Origin: Basidiobolus ranarum
Taxonomy: Eukaryota
Assembly: GCA_040143965.1 (NCBI GenBank)
Contig: JASJQH010006946.1
Span: 1-33,754 of the forward strand
Length of the DNA stretch: 33,754 bases
Direction of reading: 5' to 3'
The notes under the pieces were generated by a model. That model was not told the origin of the DNA. It ran no database searches and saw nothing but the letters and a program-made list of their open reading frames with translations. Shown here piece after piece: positions 1 to 13,740 of the stretch. The stretch's first letter is position 1; each line of letters begins with the position of its first letter. The translations under genes were made by a program, and so were the position numbers.

Positions 1-2
1 AT

Positions 3-40
3 TGGAAGGGGATGGAATGGGATGGAACGGAACGGAATGG
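3..40. repeat. Degenerate pentanucleotide microsatellite (GGAAT/GGGAT/GGAAC)
   Basis: tggaaggggatggaatgggatggaacggaacggaatgg just downstream of the importin stop codon; may continue beyond the window edge. Confidence 0.6.
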
Positions 41-58
41 ACATGCTATGAAATAAAC

Positions 59-3000
59 TCAAGAGCTTTTCGATCTATTGGCGTCGGCCGTGGTGAAAAC
101 TGACATAATAAGGCTTTGGTTATCGGGAGAAACACTCTGGGTAAGCACTTGGTAAGAAGCAGGGTTCACATGTTGAAGTTTTTGAATAGTGTCTTGGAAA
201 GCAACATAAACATCAATGCTATCGAGTAGAGATTCGAATAACACCTCTTCTTCCAACTCATCTTCATCGAAATCATCATCTGGAATGTTGTCAGCTGCTT
301 GTTGAGTTAAATAATCCAAATACTCTTTATCATCACCCACAACATCGTCATCGTCAAATTCATCTTCAAGTTCAATCTCGTCTTCATCCAGGTCTTCGAG
401 ATTTCCATCCATGCGTGAAAAGAGATCATCTTCATCGTCAATTCCCTCACCATATAGTTTCTCCATACGCTTGCGATTCTCCATTGCCTTTGGTAAGCTT
501 CGGAAGACATTCAAAACACCATCCATAAGCTGACTCCAAGCTGGTTGCAAAGAGGCGGGAATCTGGTCAGTAGGGAGTTCAATGAGAGAACAAAGGGCAA
601 CGATAGTGAGTTTCTTGTCGTGAACTCTGGAGAATTTCTCCAAATTTTGGAACCAGAGGGCAAAGAAACGAGTGGTCAATCCTTGTTCCTCAAGGGTACG
701 AAGAGTTAAAGCGGGATTGTAGTAGATGCAGTTGATTACAAGTTCAAGACAATGTACCAACAAAGCGCTGGTTTGAATGGCACTTTCGCTGAAGAGATAA
801 GTGCAAGTCAAACCCAAGAGAGGTGGCACGAAGGCATCAACACCCCCACGGCAATTTAGAAGCATCGATTCGGCAAGTTTGCAGGCACAGACACGATCAT
901 TTTCACCAACGCGATCACTCTTCATAACAGTATCGATAATATCGAATACCTTATGTTGAGCATCTGGGTTAGACATGAAAACGGGCTTACCGTAGGAGAT
1001 GAAGTTGTCCAAAGAAGGAAGCATCTCTTCCATAAAATCGATTCCACTCTCTTTGAAAGAATGATAGATCAAATCGAAGACGCCCCACATAATAGGAGAC
1101 ACGGTTTTGCTAGAGAAAGTGCAACAATCGATGATTTCAAAGATTTCATCGTAAAGATCGATGATTTGCTTCTCAAGGGTATAACGAATGATTGGCATCA
1201 GAGTTTGTTCTAGCTGAGCAAGGAGCTCAGGTGTACTTTCCAAGCTTAAGATCAAGGTACCAATGGTTTTCAAGACTCCCATGGCAGCCATAGTCTTATC
1301 ACCCATATCGTCCATATCGATAGCGCCGTTGTCCAGGTCGATTTGGCTGGTGCTCTGGGTAACCTCCTCCATAATACGAAGGAAAGTATCTCTCATTTGC
1401 TCGCACAATTGATTGGCAAAAGGTGCCAATTGCTCCGCAAACACTTCAACAAACTCTTCCATAACATTAGCGAGAGTGTCAATATCGATCTGGTTGGTCA
1501 ACGACAAGAACTCGTTCATGATTTGTGGAACATGAGGAACGATGGCTTCACGGACAAGGTCGTGGCGAATCATAGGTTGAATGGCTAGCGCTGCGTACAC
1601 CTTAACTGGAAGTTCTGAATCACGAAGACAGTCTAAAAGAGATTGGAAAGCGATAGCCACATTATCTTGATTTTGGAAGTTCAAGTCGGAGAACTTGTTC
1701 ATGATATCGCAAGCTCTGGCTCTCAAGAAAGGATAAGCACCTCTGAACTCTGGGAAAACATGAGTAACGAAGAAGCTCTCCATCTGAGACTCGAGACCGG
1801 ATTTTTTACGCAATATGGTATGCGAAAGGCAGCCAATCATACATAAAGCACCATCTTTTTGTCTAGCCAAGTTAGGATCAGATGGATTTTCTGAGTACTT
1901 GTTTAGGACAGTGTTGGCAAAGCCTAGGATACCCATGAAAGTATGCTTCTTTCTATCACGAACAAGATCGATCAAGAGGTTCATGCAAGCAGTGACAGGG
2001 GAGCGGAAGTCCTCGAGGGGATCAACCTTCTTGTGAACAAACTCCACTGGGTCCTCAACCCACAAAGCCTGATCCTCCTCCTTGTAACAGAGTTCAGGGA
2101 AGATAAAATGGGCTACGATAGACTCCATGTGAGGCTTGAAGATTTGCCAGGTGGACTTGTGCTTTATGCAATCGCTGTAAAACATAGCCAAAAGGTAGAT
2201 GATCTTTTTACTCAACCAACTCTTTCCAGAAATATATGCCTCTGTTTGAGCCAAATAAGTATTGAGAATGTTAGGAGCAAAGTGCTGGATGAAGTTTTTG
2301 GCGAAGTTGCCGTACTTGGTAGCAGTGGCAGGAAGTAGAGCAGGGTTTCCGTATCTGCCAAATAGTCTGTTCAAGCAATGATAAGCCCATTTCTTGACTT
2401 TCCACCAGATATATTTCTCTCTATCCTCAACATCAGCAGGCTGATTGGGGACACTCTTTTCGACCAACTGAATGAAAAGACTACCCCAATGAACAAGGGA
2501 GTCACTTTGTTGCTGAGCTTCACTCAAGTCATACTGTAAATATACCAAAGTTAGTATGATTGAGGGTAGCGTGTATCGCTGAAACAATATATATTACCTG
2601 AATAGAACAGTAGTAGGTCTTGAGGATAGTTTTCAACATTTCAGCGGCCTCGATGCTCTCACTAGCGACCAGGGATGAAGCAATGGTCTGGAGGGTAGGG
2701 AACGCATGCTTAATGATTTGCAAGAGAGGCTCACGTTTGTCTTGAGATTTCCATTGGTATATCTTAACTACTTCATGAAGGGCAGTAAGTCCACCGAAAA
2801 CTGCACGATGATCATTGGAGCTCAAAAGCTCTTGAACTTGTGGCAAGTAGCCAGCCCACTGTTCCGGAAATTCTTGAGACAGAATAGTTCCTAAACAGGC
2901 AGTAAGCTGTACTCTTTAAAAAGGAGTTACTGGTTAGTAAGTCATCTACCTGGCATCTGATTACGGTGTAATACATACCTGATCATAGGTGGAGCGGGAA

Positions 3001-3470
3001 CAAGAACTCTAAGGATATTGCTCTTGACATTTTCCTTGTCCTCAGGGGAAATACCACTTTGGGAAGGAGATTGAACCCAAGCCTTACGAACACGATTTTT
3101 AAAATAAATGGCCACTAAAAATAGGGGAAATGCCAACATTATTTAGTTTCCCCTCAGTTATAAGGAAGATGTTATAAGAAATTACCAGCTTGTCTGACAG
3201 AGATTTCTGACTCCTCTGAACCAATAATTTGAAGGAAAAGCGAAAGGATGGTAGGGTTGCTTTCAACCTAAAATAACCCAAGAAAAACAACTTAAGGTAA
3301 GACACTTACTAATGATTATAGAGCTATAAAATGATGGGATCCGTGATGAAAAAAGATAAGAAATGTTCAAAAGAAAATACCTCTTTCAGTCTATTCTCCG
3401 CTTCCTTTCTAACATTAGGGTCTGGATGATAAGTGGCTGCGAAGAGTTGGTACACAGTTTGAATATCCAT
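59..3470 (-). CDS. NMD5: Importin-beta family karyopherin, importin-7/8 (Nmd5/Sxm1-like), ~1032 aa, 5 exons
   Basis: Exons 3470-3381, 3267-3186, 3114-2979, 2913-2598, 2533-59 (GT-AG introns, frame consistent). N-terminus MDIQTVYQLFAATYHPDPNVRKEAENRLKE...VRQAVAIYFKNRV (IBN_N domain); WWKVKKWA, LWVEDPVEF, KDGAL, FLRARAC and RVHDKKL motifs; acidic C-terminal loop typical of IPO7/8. Confidence 0.92.
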
Positions 3471-4277
3471 TGTACGTTGAACAATTTATTATTAAGTAAG
3501 AGTAGTGGTAACTAATATAACACAGAAAAAGGTGAGGAGAATTATTAAAGGGCAGCAGTGGCTAAGGGAATTCCAAATGAATCGCAAGTAGACCGCTGAA
3601 TAACGGGACGATATTTGTAAGGCAAAGCCTGAAGAAATCACCGGCTCCAGGGCCACAGTTTTGCTTGAAAGGCCGACCTTTCGGTGAGCCCGAAACAAAA
3701 AAAGAAAAAAAATTGGAGAAAAAAATGGATCGCAGATGTGTAGAAACACTGTATATGTATATATATACTGCCATTAATTCATCTACTTGATCTTGTGAAG
3801 CCATAAAATTGAGCAGTTCATTAACTAGTACTACATTAATAAAATGAACATTCAATCAGTAGGATAATATAACATTATAAGGGTAATATAAGGGCAATAT
3901 ATGGATAATATGCATTTAGTCATGATTTGTAAGAATTCTTAATGCCACCGAGAAACTTAGTCAATGCAGACTCACCTTTCTTGAGGATTTAAAAGGAAAG
4001 GATGGATGCTTTTAAATAGAGATGCCTGGTGTTATTAATAGAGACAACCACAAAGATGTCAACAAGCTTAAAAGAAGTCATTTTATACCCAAGTAATGGA
4101 TTTACCTGATGAAACAGGTATAAGATAGGGATATGTAGCGAATGGAATGGGCTGTTCGATGGGCTGTTGAAACCATCGACGTTTTCTCAAATTGAATAAA
4201 TAGCCCTTAGGCAGTAGCTATCACACATATCCCTGGTGACGCATTTCTCACTATTCTCTTTTGGCATCATTAGTATT

Positions 4278-5333
4278 ATGCTCGATAGTTATCACAACAA
4301 TGACTATGTTCTTATCACCGGAGGCGCCGGTTACGTTGGAAGTCACACATGTTTGGAGTTATTAAAGGCTGGCTATAAAGTCATTGTAATCGATTATCTC
4401 TCAAATGCTTCTGAGGAAGCCATTCGACGCGTGCGAGAGTTGAGCGGGAAAGAAGTTGAATTCCGCAAGGTGGATATAGTGAATAAGGCCGAGCTGGAGG
4501 CTGTGTTCAATGAGTTCCCTGGGATCTGTTCAGTCATTCACTTGGCAGGACTTAAAGCTGTGGGTGAATCGTCAGAAATTCCTCTCCCTTATTATCAAAA
4601 TAACATCACAGGAACTTTGGTTCTGTTGGAAGTCATGAAGCAGTACAACGTACGTAACATCGTATTCAGTTCATCGGCGACTGTTTACGGTAATCCACCT
4701 ATCATTCCCATTCCAGAATCTAGCCCAACAAATTGTACCAATCCTTATGCTCGCACAAAACTGTTTGTTGAAGAGATTATTCGGGATGTGTGTGCGTCCG
4801 ACAAGGATTGGAATGCCGCTATCTTGCGCTACTTCAACCCAGTTGGAGCTCACAATAGCGGTTTAATCGGCGAAGACCCACGTGGCGTTCCTAATAACTT
4901 AATGCCCTATATCGCACAAGTCGCAGTAGGAAGACTTCCTTGCCTTCGTGTGTTTGGAGGGGATTATCCAACCAAAGATGGTACCAGTATTCGAGACTAT
5001 ATACATGTTGTTGATCTGGCATTAGGTCATTTGGCTGCGCTGGAGAAGCTCAATCAGAACCCTGGCTGTGTTGTATACAATCTTGGCAGCGGTGTTGGAT
5101 CCACCGTTCTGGATATGGTGAAAGCTTTCTCTACGGTTGTTGGACGTGACCTTCCATATAAAATTGTTGAACGTCGGGCTGGTGATGTTACAAATTTGAC
5201 TGCTCTACCCGAATTAGCCAATAAAGAGTTGAATTGGAAAGCAACTCGCGGTTTAGAAGAGATATGTGCTGATCTCTGGCGCTGGCAAAATAACAACCCA
5301 TATGGCTATGCATCTAAAGAAAATAGCCAATAA
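4278..5333 (+). CDS. galE: UDP-glucose 4-epimerase (epimerase only, no mutarotase fusion), 351 aa, intronless
   Basis: TGGAGYVGSH Rossmann motif, GLKAVGES, FSSSATVYG, catalytic YxxxK (YARTK), LRYFNP, PNNLMP, RDYIHVVDLA. First ATG is at 4278; the ORF-track start at 4236 is a GTG. Confidence 0.96.
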   Translation: MLDSYHNNDYVLITGGAGYVGSHTCLELLKAGYKVIVIDYLSNASEEAIRRVRELSGKEVEFRKVDIVNKAELEAVFNEFPGICSVIHLAGLKAVGESSEIPLPYYQNNITGTLVLLEVMKQYNVRNIVFSSSATVYGNPPIIPIPESSPTNCTNPYARTKLFVEEIIRDVCASDKDWNAAILRYFNPVGAHNSGLIGEDPRGVPNNLMPYIAQVAVGRLPCLRVFGGDYPTKDGTSIRDYIHVVDLALGHLAALEKLNQNPGCVVYNLGSGVGSTVLDMVKAFSTVVGRDLPYKIVERRAGDVTNLTALPELANKELNWKATRGLEEICADLWRWQNNNPYGYASKENSQ

Positions 5334-5794
5334 ACATTCGATAGCATTACTTTATTTTATTACATGCTTTCCTTGTTCAGTTCTATAGATTAATCGAAAT
5401 CATACTACAATTAATTGAAATTGGGGATGTTTCTAATATGTGCACTGACACTCTCAATGATATGTCGTGTAAGGGGGATTAGGGTTAAGATATCACCTTG
5501 CATTTTCCCTCTATGATATATACATAGTTTGGAGCGTTCCCACCAATTTAAATGTTTCAACCATACATCTTTTAGCTTCTAGAAGCTTTGGAAAACCACC
5601 CTCTTTGTCTCACATCCCCTGATGATCCCTTAATCTCAGCTGTATCTAGTGTATAGGCACTTGACGTAAACTGTCACCCTATTGGAATTATGAGAGGATC
5701 AGATATAAGGTCAGTTGATGCTTTAATTAACTACTATCATCCTTATCTAAGCTATTCCGACACTACTTCTTAACTTTACACTCCACTACTCAAA

Positions 5795-6456
5795 ATGGAT
5801 CATATGCCAGGCCACGACATGCCTCATAATGACATGCCTCATGACATGTGTTCTATGCAGGTAAAGTTTCTTGTTTTCTTTTACCTTTCTTTTACCATTA
5901 ACCAGGTAGTCAGGCCTTTAACACTCACATATCCATAGATGGTATTCAACTGGGACATAAGTAATTTGTGTGTAGTTTTCAATTGGTGGCGTGTCAATTC
6001 CATTCCAACCTTAATAGTATCCATCATCCTTGTATTTGCGTTGTCGGCTTCATATGAAATGCTTCGTGATTACACGCGCACGTTTGAACAACGTATTTTA
6101 CTCAAACATCAGACTACAGCTACCAATGATGAGGATCCAGAGAGCCCTGATTCTAATGAAAGTTTATTGAATGCAGGGAATTACAAGTATATTTGGTATG
6201 TTAAAGAAATAATTTCCCTCCTGTTCCTACCAAGTAACTAACCTAAATGTAATACTTTAATAGGCTCACTCCGAAGGAAAAATTATTAAGAGTGTTTTTG
6301 TACTCAATTCAAGTGTTTCTCTCATTCTTCCTTATGTTAATATTTATGACTTATAACGGGTATTTGATTATTGCTGTTGTGATTGGCGCTAGCACAGGTT
6401 TCTATATATTTGGCGGGGACAGATTATCTGCAGCGAAGTCATTAGCATGCCACTAG
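5795..6456 (+). CDS. Ctr/SLC31 copper transporter (Ctr2-like), 171 aa, 3 exons
   Basis: Exons 5795-5860, 5939-6195, 6264-6456. Met/His-rich N-terminus MDHMPGHDMPHNDMPHDMCSMQMVFNW, MxxxM motif (MLIFMTYNG), GxxxG (GASTG), C-terminal ACH*. Confidence 0.93.
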
Positions 6457-6581
6457 ATATATTCATAAATCTATAGCAATCTCTTTTATCTCGATTAACT
6501 AGTCATTGAATTTGTGAATAAAATCCTTCTTTATATAAGTGATATTTATCAGCAGGATTCATGAACATTGATCTTTTTCAG

Positions 6582-8103
6582 CTAATACTCATCATCATGA
6601 TACTGAGGTAATGCTTGCTTATGACCGGAGACCAGCTCTGGCACTGAAGAGTTTGATGGCCCGTCAACTCTAACGGGGTGTTGATCGAAACTTCCGTAAT
6701 CCTTTCTCGTGGGGTCTCTACTTTCGACAGTAGACCCATCTCGCTCAAAGTCAACCCCTCGTCGACGCGCATCCAACCACAGACATATATATGCCACAAT
6801 ACCTGAGACAAAACCAACCCCATCATTCTTGAAAGTGATTAGCATGCCCCCCGATACCAACACAATCAAGAAGTTTCGGTTACGAGTAGCCTGGGAATCC
6901 GTAGGTTTACAAAAGTTTCGAGCTGCCATGGCCAGTTCCAATCCACTAACAAATAGCATCACACCCAGAAACGACTTGGGAAAGTACTGGAGCAATCCGA
7001 GGAAAGATTTTCCAAATATGAATCCAATAACCATTTTACATACTCCCAAAAACATAATGCTCACTTCACTACGTGCCCCAAACCTATACTGTCCTGCCAA
7101 TCCACCCGAACCATGACAGAATGGCATACTTCCAAAGAAACATCCAGTGAAATTCATAAAGCCTACGCATGTGGCAACGGACACAGTAGTGGTCTTATTC
7201 TCTGGGAAGAGCTCTCGAATCAATGCCACCAATGCAATTACCGAATTTAACGTTGTCAATGGAAGCTGACCCAGTCCCGCCTTCCACATGCCGTGAACAA
7301 ACTCACTTGGGGTGGGGATTACAGGTTTGGGGTAATGAAAGCCAGGTGCTGGTAGCTGAGTTGTAATGGTTGAAGTATATACGACAATAATGGCGAAAAT
7401 CAATCCAATCACGAAAATAATCATAGCTGTGGGAATACGACGCTGGTGGTAGAGGAAAAACACAAAGCAGAACCAAAGGATCGCCCATTCATAGTTATCG
7501 TACCACTTCCAGCCCGACCCTCCCCATGGAGTTTCAATTTTAAAAAGTAGCTCGGTCCCTGCCTTTGTCATCAAAGTCAACCCTGTACCCATCTGAATAC
7601 CTCGTACAACGGCACTGGGTGTGTATTTGTTGACGAGGTGGATGGTTCGTGTTAATCCAAGGAACAGAACCACGCCACTTACAAACATACCAGCCCCCAT
7701 AATTTCTCCTCTGGTCATCTGGCTTGAAAGTGCAATAGCTCCGATAGCTATAAGTAAAAATTGAATGGCAATGAGAGTTAGAAAGTGAAAAATAGGTGTA
7801 CAATCGAACGTAATCTGAATATATTATAAGAATAAAGAAGCAAATGAGGTTTCTACTTTAGCATAGATACGTACTTTTCATCGGTTGAACACACATAGGT
7901 ATCCCGAACTTGATACCAGTAACAATATTCCATAAACCACCAAAGATCAAGGTGGAGGTTAACGAAATCTGACCAGAGAGAGATAGGGACACCATTAATG
8001 GGACCAAGGTACCCAAGTCACCTAAACTTCCACTAAGTTCGGCAAGTGTGAAGTTCTTCTTATAATGTCTTATTTTCCTTTGGATAAAACCATTCATGAC
8101 CAT
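6582..8103 (-). CDS. MOT1-family molybdate transporter, 464 aa, 2 exons
   Basis: Exons 8103-7875 and 7747-6582. ELSGSLGDLGT, PMCVQPMK|TIGAIA, QLPLTTLNSVIA and PFCHGSGGLAGQYRFGARS are MOT1 signature motifs; many hydrophobic segments. Confidence 0.9.
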
Positions 8104-8763
8104 GTTATACCGTCACCCGATCGTTAGTATATATATCTCATGAAACCCCCTGCTCCCCTACTGAGAATCTCGCCCTTGTATTTTATTGATAGGATCATAT
8201 TAGTAGACAATGCTTCCGGAAAAGGCTATTAACTCACATCTCTTTTCCTAAGTTGAACAAGATCCCATCCCATCGATCTCTTTGAAGGTGAGCGATTGGA
8301 TACCAACCTGATCTGTCTGGAGCTGTCTATTATACAGTAGCAACAACACGCACACTCTTCCGACGATCCCCATTGTGACTTCATGGTCACTTTGCTAGTA
8401 ATAAGATTGGCCCTTTTGAGGACAATTGGTCAAAAGCAGTAAATGTTTACCCTTTCACATCAGTTCACTATCTTGGTTTGGATCAGATCATATATTGCAG
8501 TGAAGTTTGAGGTTTTATTATTCCAATTGTTAAATACTGACGGGGATTTCTCCAACTAACATACAGGGCACATGGCTTCTATCACGATTCGTTGCTGCAA
8601 GAAAGGTGTGTTTAAAGTATCTATGAATAACGATGTATTTAAGTGGCGGAAATTAGATAGAGGAGTCATATGTCGAGATCAAGTAAAAAGCGATGATAGT
8701 TGAAGATATCCTCTGAACGAGAGGGAAAAATAAACAATCGATATATACTTTAAAAAATATATT

Positions 8764-10714
<1,951 letters not shown>

Positions 10715-10944
10715 TTAGAGTGGAAGTGATGAGTGAAATGTAGAGTAGATTGTTGTGTTTGATTTGGATTGTTAGCCAGGGCTGTAGTTTTATACAAGTC
10801 TATCGGAGAAATGAACTCTGGTATGAGATGGGTTTTAGAAATGGTAGGCTATTCCCAATTCCATTACCTCATACAGGAACTCAAACAAGTAAAGCAAATA
10901 TCTACGAGTATGAGGAAATATGTGTGCTAACAAAATAGAGGTTG

Positions 10945-10998
10945 GATTGCTCTGGTGCAGAGATTATTCGTGATTGCTCTAGTGCAGACATTGTTCGT
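10945..10998. repeat. 27-nt tandem duplication (2 copies, 3 mismatches)
   Basis: gattgctctggtgcagagattattcgt (10945-10971) and gattgctctagtgcagacattgttcgt (10972-10998). Confidence 0.85.
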
Positions 10999-11680
10999 TG
11001 CAAGCTAGATAAATGAAAGTAGATTCGGGTTTATGTGATCCATGCTTTGACATGCTTCATCGTATTGAGCGCCAGTTTGGAATGCTCACGCACTCACGTG
11101 TGATGCTTAATAAATCACTCATTAGCAATGGAGCAATGCAATGCTTGATAATTGTCATTCCAAAGTTCTAACGGTACACTCCGAGAGTTGCTAATGTTTC
11201 ATAATGAGCATTGTTGTCTGTCAAACAGATCTATATTACTAGTGTTTTCTCTGTGCTGCGACCTCTATTGATTCAATCCTGTTTCTTATCGATTGTGTAA
11301 ATCGGAGAATTTGTAGTATAGTCATACAATACAAACTATCCCAATCTTTCTGCGAAAACTATCCCAATCATACAATACAAGCTGGTGTTTTATGAAATGA
11401 AGGTAAGGGTTCGGTCATTTGTACGACAAACATGCTTTTTATATCACCGTAAAGCGCTCCATTGGTTAAAGGTTAAAGTTTCCAACTTCTGAATTTGGTG
11501 ATCCTATTGAGTAATTAATATTCATCTTTCTCCTACACGGATCTTCCTACATGCATTGCCTTTGTCACTTAACAACCCAGGCTTTCTTAAACTAAACTCA
11601 AAGTAAAAAAAACTTCCTAAACTTGTAGAGTATCAACCTTCTCTACTGTAAATATCCGTCCATTCTTGCCCTACCACAAG

Positions 11681-12457
11681 ATGAATCTTCCGAAATCTAG
11701 CTATCCCATTCAGGGGATTTTCTACTTTTTTATGAATCCTTCAATATGGAGGAAGTGTTTGTGTGCTCTTTTGTCGACTTTGCTAGTAGCTTTGTGCTCA
11801 CTGATAGGCTTTGGCTTTCTCATAAGTCCACAAGCACACGGCTTGATTAGAGCTGGTTGTCCAGTGTGGTTAGCTTGGCTTGTCAGCGTCATCTTCTACC
11901 TTTTGGAGAGTTTAGTATTCATACTTTTATTCAGCCTTATTGCTTTACCCTTCTTCCAAGATAGCCTATTTGACTATATACTAGTATTGAGAGGGTACAA
12001 ACGAGTATTACAGAATGAACATTCACACACCTGTAGTCGTGGCTTCCGTTCTGGCATTGGTTATCTTCTAGTTCAAATACTTCTCCTGATTCTGAGCATA
12101 CCTATCAATTTGATACCAGTGATTGGGACATACTTATTCTGTTATTTAAACGGGTTTGTCTTAGCATGGGGTTATCAAATTCATAATCACATCGACCTTA
12201 AGGGCATGACTTTTTCTGAGAGCAAACAATACGTATTTAGACATAAGCGACAATTTTCCGGTTTTGGAACGGTTGCCTTCGCTTTAGAGTTGATACCTTT
12301 ATTTAATTTCTTCTTCATATTCTCCAATACCATTGGAGCTGCTCTATGGGCCGCTGACGAGTATGAAAGAGCCGAGAGAAATCTCCCTACACTCCGAAGT
12401 GGAGAAGTTGAAGTTCCCGACACGAGCGTAAAATCCTTACCGGAACACAATGTTTAA
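11681..12457 (+). CDS. EI24/CysZ-domain membrane protein (Rrt8/Lds-like), 258 aa, intronless
   Basis: YPIQGIFYF start, several TM segments, D.LFD..L..RG, LIPVIG, FG.VAFALELIPLFNFFFIFSNTIGAALWAAD, matching the pattern of fungal Rrt8/Lds (EI24) proteins. ATG at 11681; the ORF-track start is a TTG. Confidence 0.8.
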   Translation: MNLPKSSYPIQGIFYFFMNPSIWRKCLCALLSTLLVALCSLIGFGFLISPQAHGLIRAGCPVWLAWLVSVIFYLLESLVFILLFSLIALPFFQDSLFDYILVLRGYKRVLQNEHSHTCSRGFRSGIGYLLVQILLLILSIPINLIPVIGTYLFCYLNGFVLAWGYQIHNHIDLKGMTFSESKQYVFRHKRQFSGFGTVAFALELIPLFNFFFIFSNTIGAALWAADEYERAERNLPTLRSGEVEVPDTSVKSLPEHNV

Positions 12458-12755
12458 CTCTTTAACTCAATCTTTGTGGTTCATGATTCCCAAAATCCAA
12501 CATCTCTTCCTGCATCTATTTATGAACTGGCAGCTATTCCCTCACAATATTATGTATATATATAAATCATTAATCAGCGAATAAATCCACCCCAAATTAT
12601 GACCATTAAGTCTTGACACTATCAAATCAATTATTTGAGAGCAAGAGATTACCTAATTAGTCATTTACCATTCATATTAGATTCAAGCTTGCTTGAGAAA
12701 AACAAATGAATAGACTGACACTACTTGTTACTTTTTACCTAAGGATATTTTAATA

Positions 12756-13740
12756 ATGCCTTTACTTCTTAAAGGGCCAACATGGCCAGCCTTGGATTTC
12801 ACTCAACCTTCTGAGGAAGAGAAGGGAGCTGATAAAGCCAACCGTTTCTTCATCAAAGAGGTGCCAATATATTTAGAAGAGGGGAATACTGACGATGTCG
12901 AAGAACATACTAAACGCACCGCCTTTACGATATGGGATTGTGTAATTTGACCAGCAACCTTTCGTTTCTTCCTATACTCTCAGTTAGCTAATTTGATTTG
13001 ATAGAGTTTGGTATTATCAAAGTATTTAGAAAAGCAAAAAAGTTCTTTAGATTTTGCTTCGAAGCGTGTACTTGAATTGGTAAGAGTTTAGGGAGTAGAT
13101 AAACTTTTGAATATTGACCGAACTTCTAAAGGTTTCTTTTTAGGGTTCAGGAAAGGGGATTGTTGGAATATCTGCAGGTTTACTTGGTGCGAAAGAAGTG
13201 GTTTTAACCGATGTAAAAGAAGTTATGACCACTTTGGAACGAACGGTAAAACTAAACAAGTTAACCGACACTATTAAAGTGAAGGAGTTAGATTGGACCG
13301 ATCGGTAAATACCCTCCTTACTCATTCATAATGAAACCTGGTGAAAGCGACCATATTATTAACTTGTTACTTTTCCCTTCCGCTTAGTTCCCTCGTTCAA
13401 AGTTTTGAAAAGTACGATCTCATCTTGGCTGCTGATGTAGTTTGGGTAGATTGGTTGATTGAACCGTTAGTTGAGACGATGTTTGGTAAGAGGAATCTAG
13501 TAGATACTGAGACATATTATGAAGATTTTTATTGAAATTCAATTCAAAGAATTAAGCACGCCTGAAACGGTGATTTTATTGGGACATCAATCACGTTCTT
13601 CTCGTGGAGATGAGATTCTCTTCCGTTCTTTGAAAGAGAAAGGATTTATGTTCACCAAGATACCCAACTGGGAATTGGACTACTTGTACAGCAAAGATGA
13701 GATCAATTTGTACCATATAAAACTGATTAAAGCTGACTAG
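12756..13740 (+). CDS. Family-16 (METTL21/Efm-like) protein-lysine methyltransferase, 236 aa, 5 exons
   Basis: Exons 12756-12941, 13005-13079, 13144-13304, 13388-13485, 13550-13740. IWDCSLVLSKYL, motif I VLELGSGKGIVG, VVLTD, ELDW, YDLILAADVVW (DxxY-like). Confidence 0.88.

Noticed and set aside
3268..3380. Possible U12-type intron in importin (GTATTTTCTT donor, TACCTTAAG branch-like motif)
   Set aside because: The donor lacks the near-invariant RTATCCT; best treated as an ordinary U2 intron.
3629..3696. Second hammerhead-like motif, CTGAAGA...GAAA
   Set aside because: Stem II is mismatched and stem I does not form.
4106..4185. Hammerhead-like core: CTGATGA-AACAG...CTGTT-GAAAC with a perfect 5-bp stem II
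   Set aside because: Stem III has at most 2 bp and no stem I partner can be found on either side, so it is not a complete ribozyme.
4278..5333. Bacterial horizontal transfer of the intronless galE
   Set aside because: WNAAILRYFNP and RRAGDVTNLTA are fungal-type motifs, and several clearly native genes here also lack introns.
8140..8330. TPP-riboswitch-like words (CTGAGAA, AACCTGATC) near the MOT1 5' region
   Set aside because: They are antisense to MOT1, too far apart, and lack the required stems and the remaining conserved motifs.
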